A stretch of 32,787 bases of DNA, the filler included, from assembly GCF_002087085.1 (NCBI RefSeq). It is 15 parts of 15 records of this genome, joined end to end, with 100 filler letters (N's around TTAATTAATTAA, not from the genome) between each part and the next. Parts side by side here need not be neighbours in the genome. Positions count along the whole stretch, not along the records: positions 1 to 4,595 come from NZ_MWQY01000044.1; positions 4,696 to 8,586 come from NZ_MWQY01000045.1; positions 8,687 to 12,429 come from NZ_MWQY01000046.1; 12 more parts are not named here. One strand, given 5' to 3'. The position numbers were made by a program, and so were the translations under genes. The notes below the pieces were generated by a model. The model was not told where the DNA came from and did no database searches. It was given only the letters and a program-made list of their open reading frames with translations. Below, piece after piece: positions 1-8,743 of this stretch. Each line of letters opens with the position of its first letter. The stretch's first letter is position 1.

Positions 1-3000
1 CCTGCAGAAAACAGTGACCCTGTACGACACAACAGATTACGCCCATCGGGGCCTGGTACTGGAACAGGAAGTACTGGACGAATCCGGCTTTGTGTACCGC
101 CGTACCGAACGCAGCTACAACTCTGTCCCGGTATACTATGCGACGAAGCATGTCGGCCGGGGAACGGTGTACGAGCAGAACCTGCAGGTCGGCTCGGTGT
201 TCCCGCAGCTGACAGAGGAACGGACGACACAATGGGAAAAGTCGAGCGGCCCCTATGAAGGCTCAACGATTACCAGGAGCTACACCTACGACGAGTACGG
301 GCTTGTCCGTACCATGCGTGAGAGTACCGAGAGCGGCAGCGATGAGGATACCCTCTGGCTCTCGATTGACTACGACAGGAGTACCGTACTGACCCAGGAT
401 CGCTACTGCGTGGGCCTTCCGACAGAGCTTGTCGTACAAAGCGGAGGAGAAAGCGGAAATACCCTGCGGCACCGGGAAGGAAGCTACGATGACACAGGAC
501 ACCTTGTAAGCCTTACGACCTGGGAAGACGAGGATACATCATCTACAACGACCCTCACCTGGACCGAGAACGGCTTGGTACAGAGTATTATCGATCCCCG
601 GGGAACCACTGTCCTCTACACCTACGACGATACCCTTGATCAGTTTGTGGAACGAATCGAAACCTCGGGAAGCGGCATAGCCGGGTATACAACGCAAATG
701 GCCTGGGATTATACTCTGGGAGTGATGACCGAACGCACCGATGCCAACGGCCTGACCGAGAGAAGCGAATACGACAGCTACGGACGGCTGACTGCCGTCT
801 ATACCCCCTACGACGAGAGCATCCCGGCAGTACACTACGACTACGAGCATGCCGGGGATGCGTACTGGCGGAGCATCACCGAGAACAAGATCAGCACGGA
901 CCCTGAAAACGAGGAGACCCTCCGGACCATTATAGCAATCGACGGCCTTGGCCGAACAATCTACAGCGCCAAGAGCGGTGTGATGACCGATGAAAACGGA
1001 AGCGGCGAAACAGGCTGGAACGTAAGCGGAGCAGTCCGCTACGACAAAAAAGGACGGAGCATCGAAGAGGGGCAGCCCGGGTTCAGTCCCGGCCCTGATG
1101 ACCCTGTCCCCGCAACCATGCGGAACGGGACGGTGACGGACTACGACATTCTGGACAGGCCCATACGGGTGGAACTGCCGGACGGCTCGGTCATGACCAC
1201 TGAGTACGGCATAGAAGAAGGCCTCCCGAGAACCATCAGCACCGACCCGGAGGGGCGGGTAACAGAAACCCTGAGCGACCAGCGGGGACGTATCGTTGAA
1301 CTGCGGAAGAAGTACCAATCCACCCTGCTCATGAAGAGCGCCTACAGCTACGACGTGCTGGGACAGCTGTGTGAAGCGGTGATACGGGATGAAAATGTAA
1401 GCGGATCACCTGAGTACAGAACGGAATACGAGTATGACCTCCGGGGCCTCCAGACCGCCGTGGAATCGGCTGACACCGGACGCACGACCTTGAGCTACGA
1501 CGCGGCAGGACGCCTTGTAAAGAAGGTGAGCGCCGTACTGCGGGAAACCGGCGGAGCGGTGAACTACGAGTACGACGGCCTGGGGCGACTGATACACATC
1601 CGCTACCCCGACCCCGGTATGGATGTGAGTTATCAGTACGGAACGGCCGCCGCGGCCATCGAGTACGGGGCAGGACGGCTGTTGAGCAGAAGCGACGAAT
1701 CAGGGAGCATCGACTACGAGTACGGAAAGATGGGTGAGGTTATTGCAGAGACCAGGACCCTGAGGCGCCTTGACCCCCTCTCGACCACCCGGGAGGCCCG
1801 CATCGAGTACCAGTCGAACTACCTGGGCCAGATGGAGAGCGTGAGGTATCCTGACGGAGAGGAGATCCGCTACGACTATGACGAAGGCGGGCAGGTAGTC
1901 CATGTTGAAGGCGTCCGGCCAAACGGAAGCACGACCGTATTCGTCGAGAGAATCGGTTACGACGAGTTCGGCCAGCGGAGCTATCTTGAATACGGCAACG
2001 GGGATGTGACCCGTTATACCTACGACCCCGAACGCCGCTGGCTCAGTACCTTGAACACAGAGAACCAGTGGGGACGGAACCTGCAGAACCTGAGCTACAG
2101 CTTTGACAATGTGGGAAACATCGAGGAGCGGAGAGACGCAAGCGGCAGGTACATGGGCACCCAGAGTTACAGCTACGACGGGCTCTATCAGCTGGTGGGA
2201 GAAGAGGGGACCTACGTGAACAAACCCGCCGGCCACACCAGCTGGACCGATCGCTACAGCCAGAGCTTCAGCTACGACGGCCTTGGGAATATCCTTACGA
2301 AGACCAGTACGGAAACCAGAGTCCCCTCGGCCTCTGTCCGGCCCCTGAATTACGAGCTGGACTATGAGTACGATGAACAACGTCCGCACCTTGCAACCAG
2401 GATAGGGGAGCTCTACTACAGCTACGATGCCAACGGAAATGTAACGAGGGAATCGACCCTGCCTGACGGCCAGTCCTCCGCCCATGAAGCCCCGAACCTG
2501 AGCACCATCGGGGATGTCCGCCGGGCCGACCAGGCCTTCGGCTTTATCAACGAAGTGGAAAGCGGAAACGAGAACGAGTACATCCGCAGCTTCAGCTGGG
2601 ACGCGGAGAACCGCTTGAAGAGCGTCCTTACCTCCAACGGAAAGAGTGTGAAGTTTCTGTACGATGCCGACGGCAAGCGTACCACCAAGTATGCAGGGGA
2701 CGGCTCCTACACCGAAGGCATAAGTGGCGAAACCCTCTACTTTAACGAATGGTGGACCGAAACCGCCGACTCCGGCAGCTTCCGCAGAGCCAAGCACATC
2801 TACGTGGGAAAGGAGCGCATCGTAACCCGCCTGAGTAACCCCTCCACGGGAGGAACTCCCTATGAAGACGTTAACACCTACTATTACCACCCCGACCACC
2901 TGGGAAGCGCCCACTGCATCACCGACCCCCAGGGAAACCCCTACGAGAGGATAGAGTATACCCCCTACGGTGAGATGTGGATCGAGATACAGGAGGATGA

Positions 3001-3835
3001 GGCTACAGCAAGTTATAACTACATACCCTTCCGCTTCACCGGCAAGGAGATGGACCGTGAGACCGGGCTGTATTATTACGGGGCGCGGTACCTTGATCCG
3101 AAGACGTCGAGGTGGATGAGCGGGGACCCTGCGGGGTACCAGCTAATGAATCCGATGGATGGAGAGGGGAAGCCGAGGCAGGGATACAGCATAGTTGAGG
3201 CGACGAACTGGTATTCGTATACAAATAATAATCCTATTATTTACGTTGATCCAAATGGAAATATATCAATCAAGTCAATATTTAATATCGGGCAATTAAT
3301 GGTTTCTAATCCACAACCATTGGGAACACCAATGGAGGCACCACGCTCTGCATATGGAAAACAGTTTACTACCATTCAAGATTCGAGAAACGCGACCGCA
3401 AAAGTATTTAATGCAATCGGTTTCTTACCATCGGGTGTGACTCAAGTCTTATCATGGTTAGCTGTTGCTGCGGGTGCGGCTGAAGGTGACGTTAATCCAA
3501 GTGTTGTTAAGTATGAAGTACGGAAAGCTTTTATTACTGGTGCAAAAGATGAAATAAAGGTAATTGATGCGATAATTAATGGAGTCGATCCCAGTATTGA
3601 CAAAGATTTTATTGATTACCTTTCTGGCCAGAAAAGCTTACTGGAAAGTGAGTTATATGCAAATCAAGAATATGATGCAGAGCAAATTGAAAAAATAAAA
3701 GACGATTTTAGGATGTACGCTGGCGAAGGAATGGGTGGCCGAGGCGGACAAATACCACAATACGAGGATAATAGACCTACATCGATACCAACTGATTCGA
3801 TTGATTATTGGAAGGAATACAATGAGGCAAGGTAA
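1..3835 (+). CDS. Rhs/YD-repeat polymorphic toxin, 5'-truncated at the contig edge; variable C-terminal domain ~3260-3835
   Basis: Many YD repeats; Rhs core end (YYYHPDHLGS...PFRFTGKEMDRETGLYYYGARYLDP...WMSGDP...YVDPNG); visible drop in GC after ~3220. Confidence 0.93.
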   Translation, partial: LQKTVTLYDTTDYAHRGLVLEQEVLDESGFVYRRTERSYNSVPVYYATKHVGRGTVYEQNLQVGSVFPQLTEERTTQWEKSSGPYEGSTITRSYTYDEYGLVRTMRESTESGSDEDTLWLSIDYDRSTVLTQDRYCVGLPTELVVQSGGESGNTLRHREGSYDDTGHLVSLTTWEDEDTSSTTTLTWTENGLVQSIIDPRGTTVLYTYDDTLDQFVERIETSGSGIAGYTTQMAWDYTLGVMTERTDANGLTERSEYDSYGRLTAVYTPYDESIPAVHYDYEHAGDAYWRSITENKISTDPENEETLRTIIAIDGLGRTIYSAKSGVMTDENGSGETGWNVSGAVRYDKKGRSIEEGQPGFSPGPDDPVPATMRNGTVTDYDILDRPIRVELPDGSVMTTEYGIEEGLPRTISTDPEGRVTETLSDQRGRIVELRKKYQSTLLMKSAYSYDVLGQLCEAVIRDENVSGSPEYRTEYEYDLRGLQTAVESADTGRTTLSYDAAGRLVKKVSAVLRETGGAVNYEYDGLGRLIHIRYPDPGMDVSYQYGTAAAAIEYGAGRLLSRSDESGSIDYEYGKMGEVIAETRTLRRLDPLSTTREARIEYQSNYLGQMESVRYPDGEEIRYDYDEGGQVVHVEGVRPNGSTTVFVERIGYDEFGQRSYLEYGNGDVTRYTYDPERRWLSTLNTENQWGRNLQNLSYSFDNVGNIEERRDASGRYMGTQSYSYDGLYQLVGEEGTYVNKPAGHTSWTDRYSQSFSYDGLGNILTKTSTETRVPSASVRPLNYELDYEYDEQRPHLATRIGELYYSYDANGNVTRESTLPDGQSSAHEAPNLSTIGDVRRADQAFGFINEVESGNENEYIRSFSWDAENRLKSVLTSNGKSVKFLYDADGKRTTKYAGDGSYTEGISGETLYFNEWWTETADSGSFRRAKHIYVGKERIVTRLSNPSTGGTPYEDVNTYYYHPDHLGSAHCITDPQGNPYERIEYTPYGEMWIEIQEDEATASYNYIPFRFTGKEMDRETGLYYYGARYLDPKTSRWMSGDPAGYQLMNPMDGEGKPRQGYSIVEATNWYSYTNNNPIIYVDPNGNISIKSIFNIGQLMVSNPQPLGTPMEAPRSAYGKQFTTIQDSRNATAKVFNAIGFLPSGVTQVLSWLAVAAGAAEGDVNPSVVKYEVRKAFITGAKDEIKVIDAIINGVDPSIDKDFIDYLSGQKSLLESELYANQEYDAEQIEKIKDDFRMYAGEGMGGRGGQIPQYEDNRPTSIPTDSIDYWKEYNEAR

Positions 3836-4427
3836 GTCACACAAGAAGCCAAGGATATTCTGGATATACTATTTCTTTATTGCTCTCCCTTTCTTTGCAT
3901 ACAGGTTTTTCATTTGGGAGCCGAGTCCGTATAGAGAAAAACTACCGGATTGGTTTAATAGCGTTGAAAAGCAAATAACCTATTTAAATAATATAAGTCA
4001 AGAACTATATAGCAGTGATTTAAAAAAGGAAGTGGGTATAGTAGAAATCAATGTAAATCAAAATAATAATGAAATCATATTAAGTCTTGCTGGGGAAGAG
4101 TATTCAGGAAATATCGGGAAAGTCGATACTCTTTCCTATACTTATGAGAGTTTTTCTGTCGATGATCAAGTGATGGAACCTATTCAGATTGATAGTATCG
4201 TTTTATGGATTAGTGTTAACCCAGATGATTCCGCAGTTCTTATTCCATTGAATCCAGAAAGAGTGATGGAAGATGAGGATAAGAGAGTATTTTTATATCA
4301 AAATATGGATGAAAACGAATTTAGGAGAATAATAAAAGAAAGGAAAAGTCCTATGGAAATTGAAAAATCTATTTACTTCAGTATTAATGAATCAATTTAC
4401 TCAGGTATTTTTATAGTTGAGCAGTGA
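3822..4427 (+). CDS. Putative Rhs immunity protein with N-terminal membrane anchor (201 aa)
   Basis: ATG at 3822 with GAAGGA upstream overlaps the toxin stop; AT-rich; basic N-terminus followed by hydrophobic IFWIYYFFIALPFFAY. Immunity role inferred from position. Confidence 0.7.
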   Translation: MRQGKSHKKPRIFWIYYFFIALPFFAYRFFIWEPSPYREKLPDWFNSVEKQITYLNNISQELYSSDLKKEVGIVEINVNQNNNEIILSLAGEEYSGNIGKVDTLSYTYESFSVDDQVMEPIQIDSIVLWISVNPDDSAVLIPLNPERVMEDEDKRVFLYQNMDENEFRRIIKERKSPMEIEKSIYFSINESIYSGIFIVEQ

Positions 4428-4478
4428 TACTGTGTCTTAAAATAACAGACAGTACAGTAATAGGATTAATCTAATAAC

Positions 4479-4540
4479 CCACCGAATGACCGAATTGAGC
4501 CGCGTCCCGGAAAGCTTCCGGGAGGTCTGCTCCAATTGAT
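4479..4540 (-). repeat. attC-like hairpin (ATT-core type), interrupted by an IS end
   Basis: Minus strand reads ATCAATTGGAGCAGACCTCCCGG..CCGGGACGCGGCTCAATTCGGTCATTCGGTGG, nearly identical to 5001-5072; the left outer box is replaced by the IS terminus. Confidence 0.75.
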
Positions 4541-4595
4541 GTAACCGTCAATTAAACCCCACCCCTGACAAGAAATCAGAGGGAAATATTCCAAG
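4541..4595. mobile_element. IS terminus (IS66-like terminal inverted repeat)
   Basis: GTAACCGTCAATTAAACCCCACC, the exact reverse complement of 4728-4750; GTAA start is typical of IS66 TIRs; 55-bp contig tail. Confidence 0.6.
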
Positions 4596-4695
4596 NNNNN
4601 NNNNNNNNNNNNNNNNNNNNNNNNNNNNNNNNNNNNNNNTTAATTAATTAANNNNNNNNNNNNNNNNNNNNNNNNNNNNNNNNNNNNNNNNNNNN

Positions 4696-4750
4696 AGGAT
4701 TGTAGGGTATACAGCTATCCGGTATAAGGTGGGGTTTAATTGACGGTTAC
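4696..4750. mobile_element. Opposite IS terminus (IS66-like TIR)
   Basis: Ends GGTGGGGTTTAATTGACGGTTAC; the internal sequence differs from 4564-4595, so this is the other end of the same IS type. Confidence 0.6.
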
Positions 4751-4770
4751 ATTGTTTCTATCCTTGTCCT

Positions 4771-5000
4771 CTACCCTATTCTACCCCATATTCATCAGTG
4801 CACTGCTTCTCCGTTGTACCCAATATTATCAGTGTTCATTAGGGTTTAGTTTTTCCCTTCGCAGGTTCATCGTCACGGGGGAGTGGCTCCCCTTTTTTTT
4901 TAGTCGGCTCATAAAAGATTATAAAGGACGGGTCGTTTGGCCCGTCCTCCTAAAAATTCTTCCTTCACTATTACATATCAATGAACAATTTTATTACGCT
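4771..5000 (+). repeat. Deleted copy of the GxxExxY unit (flanks kept, gene removed)
   Basis: 4771-4864 aligns to 7719-7812 and 4860-5000 aligns to 8284-8424, joined at a shared CGCAG. Confidence 0.85.
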
Positions 5001-5072
5001 CCACCGAATCGATCAATTGGAGCAGACGTCCCGGAGCTTTCCGGGACGCAGCTCAATTCGGTCATTCGGTGG
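5001..5072 (+). repeat. attC-like hairpin, ATT-core type (complete)
   Basis: CCACCGAAT-cgatca-ATTGGAGC-agACGTCCCGG-agcttt-CCGGGACGca-GCTCAAT-tcggtc-ATTCGGTGG; perfect 9-bp outer IR and the same L''/L' (extra G) as the canonical attCs. Confidence 0.8.
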
Positions 5073-5113
5073 GTGAATTAGTCTGATCAATCTAATCTCC
5101 ATACATATTACAA

Positions 5114-5743
5114 TTAATCGGAAGATGTAAACCACAAGACTTTATTATCTATTTCACTTAAGAAAACGTAACCATTCTTAGGTCCATTTAATGGAGTTGT
5201 TGCCTCATGCACCTTGGTAGCCCATTCATCAAAAAATGTATAGTCTTCATTATTCAACTGAGAAATTATTTTACTAATCTTATCGATATCTTTTTCGGGG
5301 CCAACATGCAGAGAATTATCTTTAGATATTGTATGATAGATCTTACCGTCTTTTTCATAAGTTACTGAGTAAGCTACAGCATCACTTAGAGCTCTTACTT
5401 TATACGTTTGGTCCTCCGATGATTGTAGATAATTTGGTAATATGAAAATCTCTAGTGATTGTTCAATAGCTTCTTCAATTTTCGGATAAATAAAAACACT
5501 AATATTTGAATCATTCGTTATCCGCCTGAGAACGCTATCTTCGGCTAAATTAATACTTTTAGTACTACCAACAATCATTGAAAATATAGCTTTTGATGCA
5601 TTACCGTTATTACTGAAGGCTAATTCTATCTCCTGAGGTTCACTGGTATAGCCTCGCCATATAATATTATATTCAACAGAGCACCCAATAAATATTACAC
5701 AAAATAACAAAAAACTACTAATCGCCAATAATCTTTGAAACAT
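5114..5743 (-). CDS. Putative Rhs immunity lipoprotein (209 aa)
   Basis: Overlaps the toxin 3' end; signal peptide MFQRLLAISSFLLFCVIFIG-C with lipobox-like Cys; AT-rich. Confidence 0.72.
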   Translation of the reverse strand: MFQRLLAISSFLLFCVIFIGCSVEYNIIWRGYTSEPQEIELAFSNNGNASKAIFSMIVGSTKSINLAEDSVLRRITNDSNISVFIYPKIEEAIEQSLEIFILPNYLQSSEDQTYKVRALSDAVAYSVTYEKDGKIYHTISKDNSLHVGPEKDIDKISKIISQLNNEDYTFFDEWATKVHEATTPLNGPKNGYVFLSEIDNKVLWFTSSD

Positions 5744-7538
5744 CCTGTAAAACTCCTGAGTTCTCTAAAGATTTTCGATTATCCAGTAAAAACATCATTG
5801 CATCATCCTTTGGTAGGATAAAATCTTCAACTTTATCGGTAACTGGAATCAACATTGTCATTTGTATATTCCAATCTGTAACTCTTCCATTAACTTTTTT
5901 TACGTTCATTCTAATATCGCCTGCAACGTGTCCATCCTCGCTTCTACTATTTTCCAGGATATCCCCTAGTAATCCTGCTGCATCAATTATTGTAGAAAGG
6001 TTTGTATCAACACCATCAGAATAACTATTCTCGCCTGGCATTCCCCTTGGAAGCCCAGTCCCAATAGCAACAAAAATATTTGAAGATAATATCAATGAAT
6101 TATTTTTTACTCTCCTCAAACCATTGGACTGAATTGTTAAGCCACCTTTATTACTCCCATCATTATAATGCATTCCTTGAAGCCCAAGATATAAATCAGA
6201 AAAATTAACCGGGTCTGGGGGTGGAGCAGTATCAGACTTCAACATTAATGCAAAAGCTGAAATGAGAACAAATGGGACCCAAGCGACCTCTCCCGTTGGA
6301 TCAACATACTTCACTGGATTATTACTCACATAGCTATACCAGTTCGTCGCCTCAACCATGCTGTATCCCTGCCTCGGCTTCCCTTCTCCATCCATCGGAT
6401 TCATCAGCTGGTACCCCGCCGGATCCCCACTCATCCACCTCGACGTCTTCGGATCAAGGTACCGCGCCCCGTAATAATACAGCCCGGTCTCACGGTCCAT
6501 CTCCTTGCCGGTGAAGCGGAAGGGTATGTAGTTATAACTTGCTGTAGCCTCATCCTCCTGTATCTCGATCCACATCTCACCGTAGGGGGTATACTCTATC
6601 CTCTCGTAGGGGTTGCCTTGAGGGTCTGTTATGCAGTGGGCGCTTCCCAAATGATCAGGGTGATAGTAGTAGGTGTTTACATCCTCATAGGGAGTCCCGC
6701 CCGTGGATGGGTTACTCAGGCGGGTTACAATGCGCTCCTTTCCCACGTAGATGTGCTTGGCCCGCCGGAAGCTTCCTGAGTCGGCGGTTTCGGTCCACCA
6801 TTCGTTAAAGTAGAGGGTCTCGCCGCTTAGGCCTTCGGTGTAGGAGCCGTCCCCTGCGTACTTGGTGGTACGTTTGCCGTCGGCGTCGTAGAGGTACTTC
6901 ACGCTCTTCCCGTTGGAGCTAAGGACGCTCTTCAAACGGTTCTCCGCATCCCAGCTGAAGCTGCGGATGTACTCGTTCCCGCATCCGCTTTCCACTTCGT
7001 TGATAAAGCCGAAGGCCTGGTCGGCCCGGCGGACATCCCCGATGCTACTCAGGTTCGGGGCTTCATGGGCCGAGGACTGGCCTTCAGGCAGGGTCGATTC
7101 CCTCGTTACGTTCCCGTTGGCGTCGTAGCTGTAGTAGAGCTCCCCGATCTTCGTTGCAAGGTGCGGCCGTTGTTCATCATATTCATAGTCCAGCTCGTAA
7201 TTCAGGGGCCGGACAGAGGCCGAGGGTACTCTCGTTTCGCTGCTGGTCTTCTTCAAGATATTCCCCAAGCCGTCGTAGGTAAAGCTCTGGCTGTAGCGAT
7301 CGGTCCAGCTGGTGTAGCCGGAGGGTTTGTTCACGTAGGTCCCCTCTGCTCCCACAAGCTGCTACAGCCCGTCGTAGCTGTAGCTCTGGGTGCCCAGGTA
7401 CCTGCCGCTTGCGTCTCTCCGCTCTTCGATGTTTCCCACATCGTCAAAGCTGTAGCTCAGGTTCTGCAGGTTCCGTCCCCACTGGTTCTCCGTGTTCAAG
7501 GTACTAAGCCAGCGGCGTTCGGGGTCATGGCGTGCCAT
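5718..7538 (-). pseudogene. Orphan Rhs module (3' core fragment plus distinct C-terminal toxin 5718-6290) with in-frame TAG at 7362-7364
   Basis: Near-identical to ~2020-3250 of the first Rhs gene; homology stops abruptly at ~7527; Tyr codon (TAT in copy 1) is TAG here; ends YVDPTG plus 190 aa of unique sequence. Confidence 0.88.
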
Positions 7539-7929
7539 ATTTTTTCTGCCACGGATTAGAGAAGTTATTGAACCACTGATCGATATGGGGCCAGGCTGGG
7601 GGGCCCCGCTGATAGTGCATGTATGCGCAAGGGGGTGGTTCGCTGATTTTTGTCGCGAATGTGCTGGAACCGGACTTTTTATCATGATGAGATTATAGCA
7701 GATTCCTTTTTCTCATCGCTACCCTGTTTCGCCCTGTTTTATCAGTACACCGCTTCACTGTTGCGCCCAATATTATCAGTGTTCATCAGTGGTTTAATTT
7801 TTCTCTTCGCAGCCTCCTGTCTTCTTCATTATACCTCCCGCTCCTCGCCGTCAAGGGACGCTGTCGCTCTTCGCCCTGTGACTGCTCCTCGCTTGGACGG
7901 TGTTTGTTAAGAAAAACAGGAGGTGCAGT

Positions 7930-8310
7930 ATGGCACACATAGCTTTCAAGGAATTGTCTCATCAGGTGCTGGGAGCAGTCTTTTCGGTTCATAACATTTG
8001 TGGTCCCGGGCTCCTGGAATCCGCCTATCATGGGGCCCTGGTCATCGAACTTAAAAAGAGAGGTATTCCCTTCTGTACGGAAAAAATCTATCCCCTCTAC
8101 TATAAAGGCGAACTGGCAGGTGCCTACATCGCTGATCTTGTTGTTGCAAACAGCATCATCTTGGAACTCAAGTCAGTACGGCAGCTCACATCCGCCATGG
8201 AGGCGCAGCTTATAAATTACCTGCGGCTGTCCAAGGTTCCTGTCGGCTATCTTATCAATTTTCGCAATAGCAAGGTCCAGTGGCGCAGGTTCATTGTCAC
8301 GGGGGAGTAG
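7930..8310 (+). CDS. GxxExxY protein (PD-(D/E)XK nuclease-like family)
   Basis: GPGLLESAY motif, ADLVVANSIILELK, AQLINYL, GYLINF; AGGAGG RBS before ATG 7930. Confidence 0.92.
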   Translation: MAHIAFKELSHQVLGAVFSVHNICGPGLLESAYHGALVIELKKRGIPFCTEKIYPLYYKGELAGAYIADLVVANSIILELKSVRQLTSAMEAQLINYLRLSKVPVGYLINFRNSKVQWRRFIVTGE

Positions 8311-8348
8311 CGCCCCCCATTTTTAGTCGGCTGTATAAAATATTATGA

Positions 8349-8372
8349 AGGACGGGCCGTTTGGCCCGTCCT
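8349..8372. terminator. GC-rich hairpin downstream of GxxExxY (second copy at ~4925-4948)
   Basis: AGGACGGGCC-gttt-GGCCCGTCCT, perfect 10-bp stem; no clean U-tract, so the terminator role is uncertain. Confidence 0.45.
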
Positions 8373-8424
8373 CCTGAAAATTCTTCCTTCTCTATTACGT
8401 ATCAATGAACAATTTTATTGCGTT

Positions 8425-8496
8425 CCACAGAATATCTTAATTGGAGCAGACGTCCCGGAGCTTTCCAGGACGCAGCTCAATTCGGTCATTCGGTGA
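8425..8496 (+). repeat. attC-like hairpin, ATT-core type
   Basis: CCACAGAAT-atctta-ATTGGAGCAGACGTCCCGG..CCAGGACGCAGCTCAAT-tcggtc-ATTCGGTG; near-identical to 5001-5072. Confidence 0.8.
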
Positions 8497-8586
8497 TCTC
8501 AATAAATTCTACGGAAGATGATGCAAGAATCGTATCATTGTCGCTAAGTGCCAAAGTTTTGATCATATAATAATTTGGTATTATTG
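8486..8586 (-). CDS. 3' end of a further gene, probably the next immunity gene (partial)
   Basis: Open minus frame ...IIPNYYMIKTLALSDNDTILASSSVEFIEITE* whose TGA overlaps the hairpin's outer box; same position and orientation as the other immunity genes. Confidence 0.45.
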
Positions 8587-8686
8587 NNNNNNNNNNNNNN
8601 NNNNNNNNNNNNNNNNNNNNNNNNNNNNNNTTAATTAATTAANNNNNNNNNNNNNNNNNNNNNNNNNNNNNNNNNNNNNNNNNNNN

Positions 8687-8743
8687 GGTAGCAGCACAAA
8701 CGCATGCCAACTTAACGCCACGCAGCTCAATTGGATGTTATAC
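8687..8743 (+). repeat. Integron attC site, right arm (contig start)
   Basis: ...GCCACGCAGCTCAAT-TGGAT-GTTATAC; the first 55 bp are identical to 14803-14857. Confidence 0.88.

Noticed and set aside
263..2914. Long antisense ORFs over the Rhs genes (539-1318, 1700-2914; also 7065-7559, 18580-19107)
   Set aside because: Shadow frames from GC-rich, codon-biased repeats; no motifs.
4596..4695. N-run/TTAATTAATTAA/N-run motif repeated 14 times
   Set aside because: Artificial contig linker with stops in all frames; not biological, and adjacency across it implies no linkage.
4541..4750. Contigs 1 and 2 joined by a single IS copy
   Set aside because: No matching target duplication, the missing hairpin box is not on contig 2, and the Rhs genes would be convergent.
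4740..5081. 113-aa ORF across the deleted GxxExxY unit and hairpin
   Set aside because: Starts inside the IS end, has no RBS and reads through non-coding repeats; only RRFIVTGE derives from a real gene.
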